Below, one piece after another: positions 61,336-64,000 of a DNA stretch of 64,000 bases. Made by a program: the position numbers and the translations under genes. The stretch's first letter is position 1, and the number at the start of each line of letters is the position of its first letter. Source of the DNA: an uncultured Thermoleophilia bacterium (GTDB lineage Bacteria > Actinomycetota > Thermoleophilia > UBA2241); the NCBI GenBank assembly GCA_963702475.1, contig CAVPCT010000009.1:192001-256000 (forward strand), written 5' to 3'. The notes below the pieces were generated by a model that saw only the letters and a program-made list of their open reading frames with translations, was not told the DNA's origin and searched no databases.

Positions 61336-62781
61336 ATGGCGACCAAGAAGGTGTCCCTGCTGAGCACGGAGGCGCTGGACCGAATCCACGCCGGATCGCT
61401 GCGCATCCTCTCGGGTACCGGCGTGCGCGTGGAGAACGCCCGCTGCCGCGCCGTGCTGGTGAAGGCCGGGGCGAAGCAGGAGGGGCAGACCGACCTCGTG
61501 CGTCTGCCCGCCGCCATGGTCGAGGAGGCCATGGCGCAGCTCACCAAGGACTTCGACCTCGTGCACCCCGGCGGCGCGCGCATGCACACGCCGGACGGGC
61601 GCCAGCACGCCGGCGTGCGCCTCAAGATGCCCAAGGTGCTCGACTACGGCGCGCGCGAGTTGCGACCGCCGGCGCGTCGGGACGTCATCGACCTGAGCCG
61701 CATCATGAACGCCCTGCCGGGGGCCGAGTTCTCGGTGGCCATCCAGTACCCGTCGAGCGACGTGCCGCCGCAGATCGACGTCGCCGACACCCTGGGCCTG
61801 GTGCTGGCCATCACCGGCAAGCTCAGCCTGTGCGCCCCCCAGGACGTCGACGACGCTCGCACCTCCCTGGACGTGCTCATGGCCGGAGCGGGCACGGACG
61901 ACATGGACCGGGACCCCTGCACGTGGGTGGAGATCAACACGGCGACGCCGCTGGTGCTCGGCGACCGGGAGGGCAGCATCATCCTGCACGTCGCGGAGCG
62001 CCGGTGCCCCGTGGACCTCGGCCCCATGCCTATCGCCGGAGTCGCCACGCCGGCGACGCTGGCCGGCAACCTCGTGCTCGGCAACGCCGAGGCGTTGTTC
62101 CTGTGCACGCTGACCAACGCCATCTGGCCGGGAGCCAAGGTCCTTCACGCCACGACCGGTTCCCTGATGAACATGCGCACCGGCTACCTCTCCATGGGCT
62201 CGGCGGAGACCTGCCTCCTGAGCAGCGGCGAGATGGCGCTGGCCAAGTACTACGGCCTGCCCTCCACGCGCATGGGCGGCTACAGCGACTCGCAGTGGCC
62301 TGACGTGCAGGCCGGCATCGAGAAGGCCATGGCGCTGCTCATCCTGGCCCAGAGCGAGGCCGACTTCGTGACCATGGGCGGCCCTCTGGACAACGCCGCC
62401 CACCACAGCTATGAGCAGGTGGTGATCGACCACGACATCTGGGAGATGGCGCAGCGCCTCACCCGGGAGATCGAGGTGAACGATGAGACCCTGGCCGGCG
62501 ACGTCATCGCCAGGGTAGGCCCGGGTGGGTCCTTTCTGGGCGAGACGCACACGCGGCGGGCGGTGCAGGCCGGGGAGCACTACTACGGCGGGTCGTTCAA
62601 CCACATGGGCCGCGCCGGCGAGGAGTACACGATGCTGGCGCGGGCGCATCAGCGTGTGGAGGAGATCCTCGCGCAGCCGTTCGAGTACGTCGCCCCGCCT
62701 GACGCGGTGCAGCGCCTCAAGGACTGTGTGCGCGAGCACGCGATCCAGAAGAAGGTCGCGCCGCCGGAGTGGACGGAGTGA
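61336..62781 (+). CDS. MttB-superfamily (trimethylamine methyltransferase-like) protein without pyrrolysine
   Basis: RIHAGSLRIL, PATLAG...NAEAL, YYGLP, GGYSDSQWPDVQAGIEK, VGPGGSFL; no in-frame TAG. Confidence 0.92.
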   Translation: MATKKVSLLSTEALDRIHAGSLRILSGTGVRVENARCRAVLVKAGAKQEGQTDLVRLPAAMVEEAMAQLTKDFDLVHPGGARMHTPDGRQHAGVRLKMPKVLDYGARELRPPARRDVIDLSRIMNALPGAEFSVAIQYPSSDVPPQIDVADTLGLVLAITGKLSLCAPQDVDDARTSLDVLMAGAGTDDMDRDPCTWVEINTATPLVLGDREGSIILHVAERRCPVDLGPMPIAGVATPATLAGNLVLGNAEALFLCTLTNAIWPGAKVLHATTGSLMNMRTGYLSMGSAETCLLSSGEMALAKYYGLPSTRMGGYSDSQWPDVQAGIEKAMALLILAQSEADFVTMGGPLDNAAHHSYEQVVIDHDIWEMAQRLTREIEVNDETLAGDVIARVGPGGSFLGETHTRRAVQAGEHYYGGSFNHMGRAGEEYTMLARAHQRVEEILAQPFEYVAPPDAVQRLKDCVREHAIQKKVAPPEWTE

Positions 62782-62841
62782 GCGGCTCCGCCTGAGCCGT
62801 CCGCCGGGGGCACGAGCCGCCTCAGGGGAGGGAGAGAGCAG

Positions 62842-64000
62842 ATGAGCATGAGACACGTGGCTCCCGGCTTCCTGGCCGCGAGGCGAGTGGACCGCCTGGG
62901 CACGGAGCTGGTCTTCGCCGTGGCCGAGGAGGCGGCGGCGCTCGCCGCACAGGGCCGCGACGTCTACCCCTTCCACATGGGAGAGCTCGACTTCGAGACG
63001 CCCCCGAACATCGTGGAAGCGTGCGTGCGCGCCCTCCGCGACGGCAAGACGAAGTACACGCCCAACGGCGGCTTGCCAGAGCTGCGGGAGGCGCTCGCCG
63101 CCGACGTGGGCAGCGAGCGCGGCGTCGCCTACAGGCCGGAGAACGTCGCGGTCCAGCCGGCGGGCAAGCCGGTCATCGGCAAGTTCCTGCTGGCGCTCAT
63201 GGACCCGGGGGACGAGGTCCTCTATCCCAACCCCGGGTTCCCGATCTACTCGTCGCTGATCGAGTTCTTCGGCGGCGTCGCCGTCCCGTACGCCTACGTG
63301 GAGGGCGAGGACGGGTTCCGCATCGATCTCGACGACCTGGAGCGCCGCATCACCAGCCGCACCCGCCTGCTCATCGTGAACGACCACCACAATCCGACCG
63401 GGTCGAGGTGCACCGCGGAAGAGATGGAGCGACTCGCGCAACTGGTGGTCGAGCACGACCTGTTCGTGCTCAGCGACGAGGCGTACTTCGCCATCCGCTA
63501 CGGCGGCCGAAGCCTCTCAATCGTGTCGCGGCCGGAGATGCAGGAGCGCACGGTGATCCTGTACACGTTCGGCAAGAAGTACGCCATGACCGGCTTCCGC
63601 CTGGGCGCGGCCATCGGGCCGGCCCCGGTCATCGACATCATCGTGCGCCTCAACGTGAACTGGGAGGCGTGCTGCAACCACTTCGCGCAATACGGGGCCG
63701 TCGAGGCACTCACCTGCGCGGACAGCGGGCTGGACGGGCGCCTCGCGGCGCTGCGGGAGCGGCGCGACGCGGGCGTGGAGATCCTCAACAGCACGCCCGG
63801 TGTGCGCTGTCTGCGCCCCGACAGCACGTTCTATCTGTACCCGAACGTGACCGGAGCGGCGCGGCTCCTCGGGTGCGACGACCACGAGAGCTTCCGCCGC
63901 CTGGTCCTCGACGAGACGGGCGTGTCGTTCTCGACCCGCCCTCACTACGGGGAGCCCCTTCCGGACGAGACCGACCTGTACATCCGCGTGTCGTATTCGG
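62842..64000 (+). CDS. Class I/II PLP aminotransferase (aspartate aminotransferase-like), 3' partial
   Basis: GELDFETP, KYTPNGGLPELRE, PNPGFPIY, HNPTG, SDEAY, FGKKYAMTGFRLG; open to the window end. Confidence 0.9.
   Translation, partial: MSMRHVAPGFLAARRVDRLGTELVFAVAEEAAALAAQGRDVYPFHMGELDFETPPNIVEACVRALRDGKTKYTPNGGLPELREALAADVGSERGVAYRPENVAVQPAGKPVIGKFLLALMDPGDEVLYPNPGFPIYSSLIEFFGGVAVPYAYVEGEDGFRIDLDDLERRITSRTRLLIVNDHHNPTGSRCTAEEMERLAQLVVEHDLFVLSDEAYFAIRYGGRSLSIVSRPEMQERTVILYTFGKKYAMTGFRLGAAIGPAPVIDIIVRLNVNWEACCNHFAQYGAVEALTCADSGLDGRLAALRERRDAGVEILNSTPGVRCLRPDSTFYLYPNVTGAARLLGCDDHESFRRLVLDETGVSFSTRPHYGEPLPDETDLYIRVSYS

Overview
High-GC bacterial window, probably from an anaerobic Actinomycetota (Thermoleophilia-like; inferred from gene order and GC content). 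It has three parts. (1) 1-30 kb is an accessory catabolic region: an OYE-type flavin reductase, a MerR/GyrI regulator next to a flavoprotein-(Fe-S/CCG)-flavoprotein triad, a Liv-type ABC transporter, three 309-aa MerR-TetR double-HTH regulators, corrinoid protein + URO-D-family methyltransferase modules (one destroyed by a deletion), an AprBA-like pair and an amine/PLP module. (2) 30.4-45 kb is housekeeping: rpmB, asp23, DAK2, degV, recG, cca, M50 protease, pgeF, yggS, sepF, proC, divIVA, yggU, lspA, rluD. (3) 45-64 kb is a co-oriented cluster with a GntR regulator, split acyl-CoA ligase, Dpp-type ABC transporter, opine dehydrogenase, M19 dipeptidase, corrinoid protein, pyrrolysine-free MtmB and MttB homologues, a Cys/Thr proline-racemase-family dehydratase, a BKACE and two aminotransferases. 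This cluster is the best candidate for an undescribed anaerobic pathway for N-methylated amino acids or betaines. Also seen: four single-base frameshifts (probably assembly errors), several deletion relics, two small ORFs missing from the ORF track and two recurring operator-like motifs. No rRNA, tRNA, CRISPR or IS element was recognised. All functional calls come from reading motifs by eye; no database searches were run.
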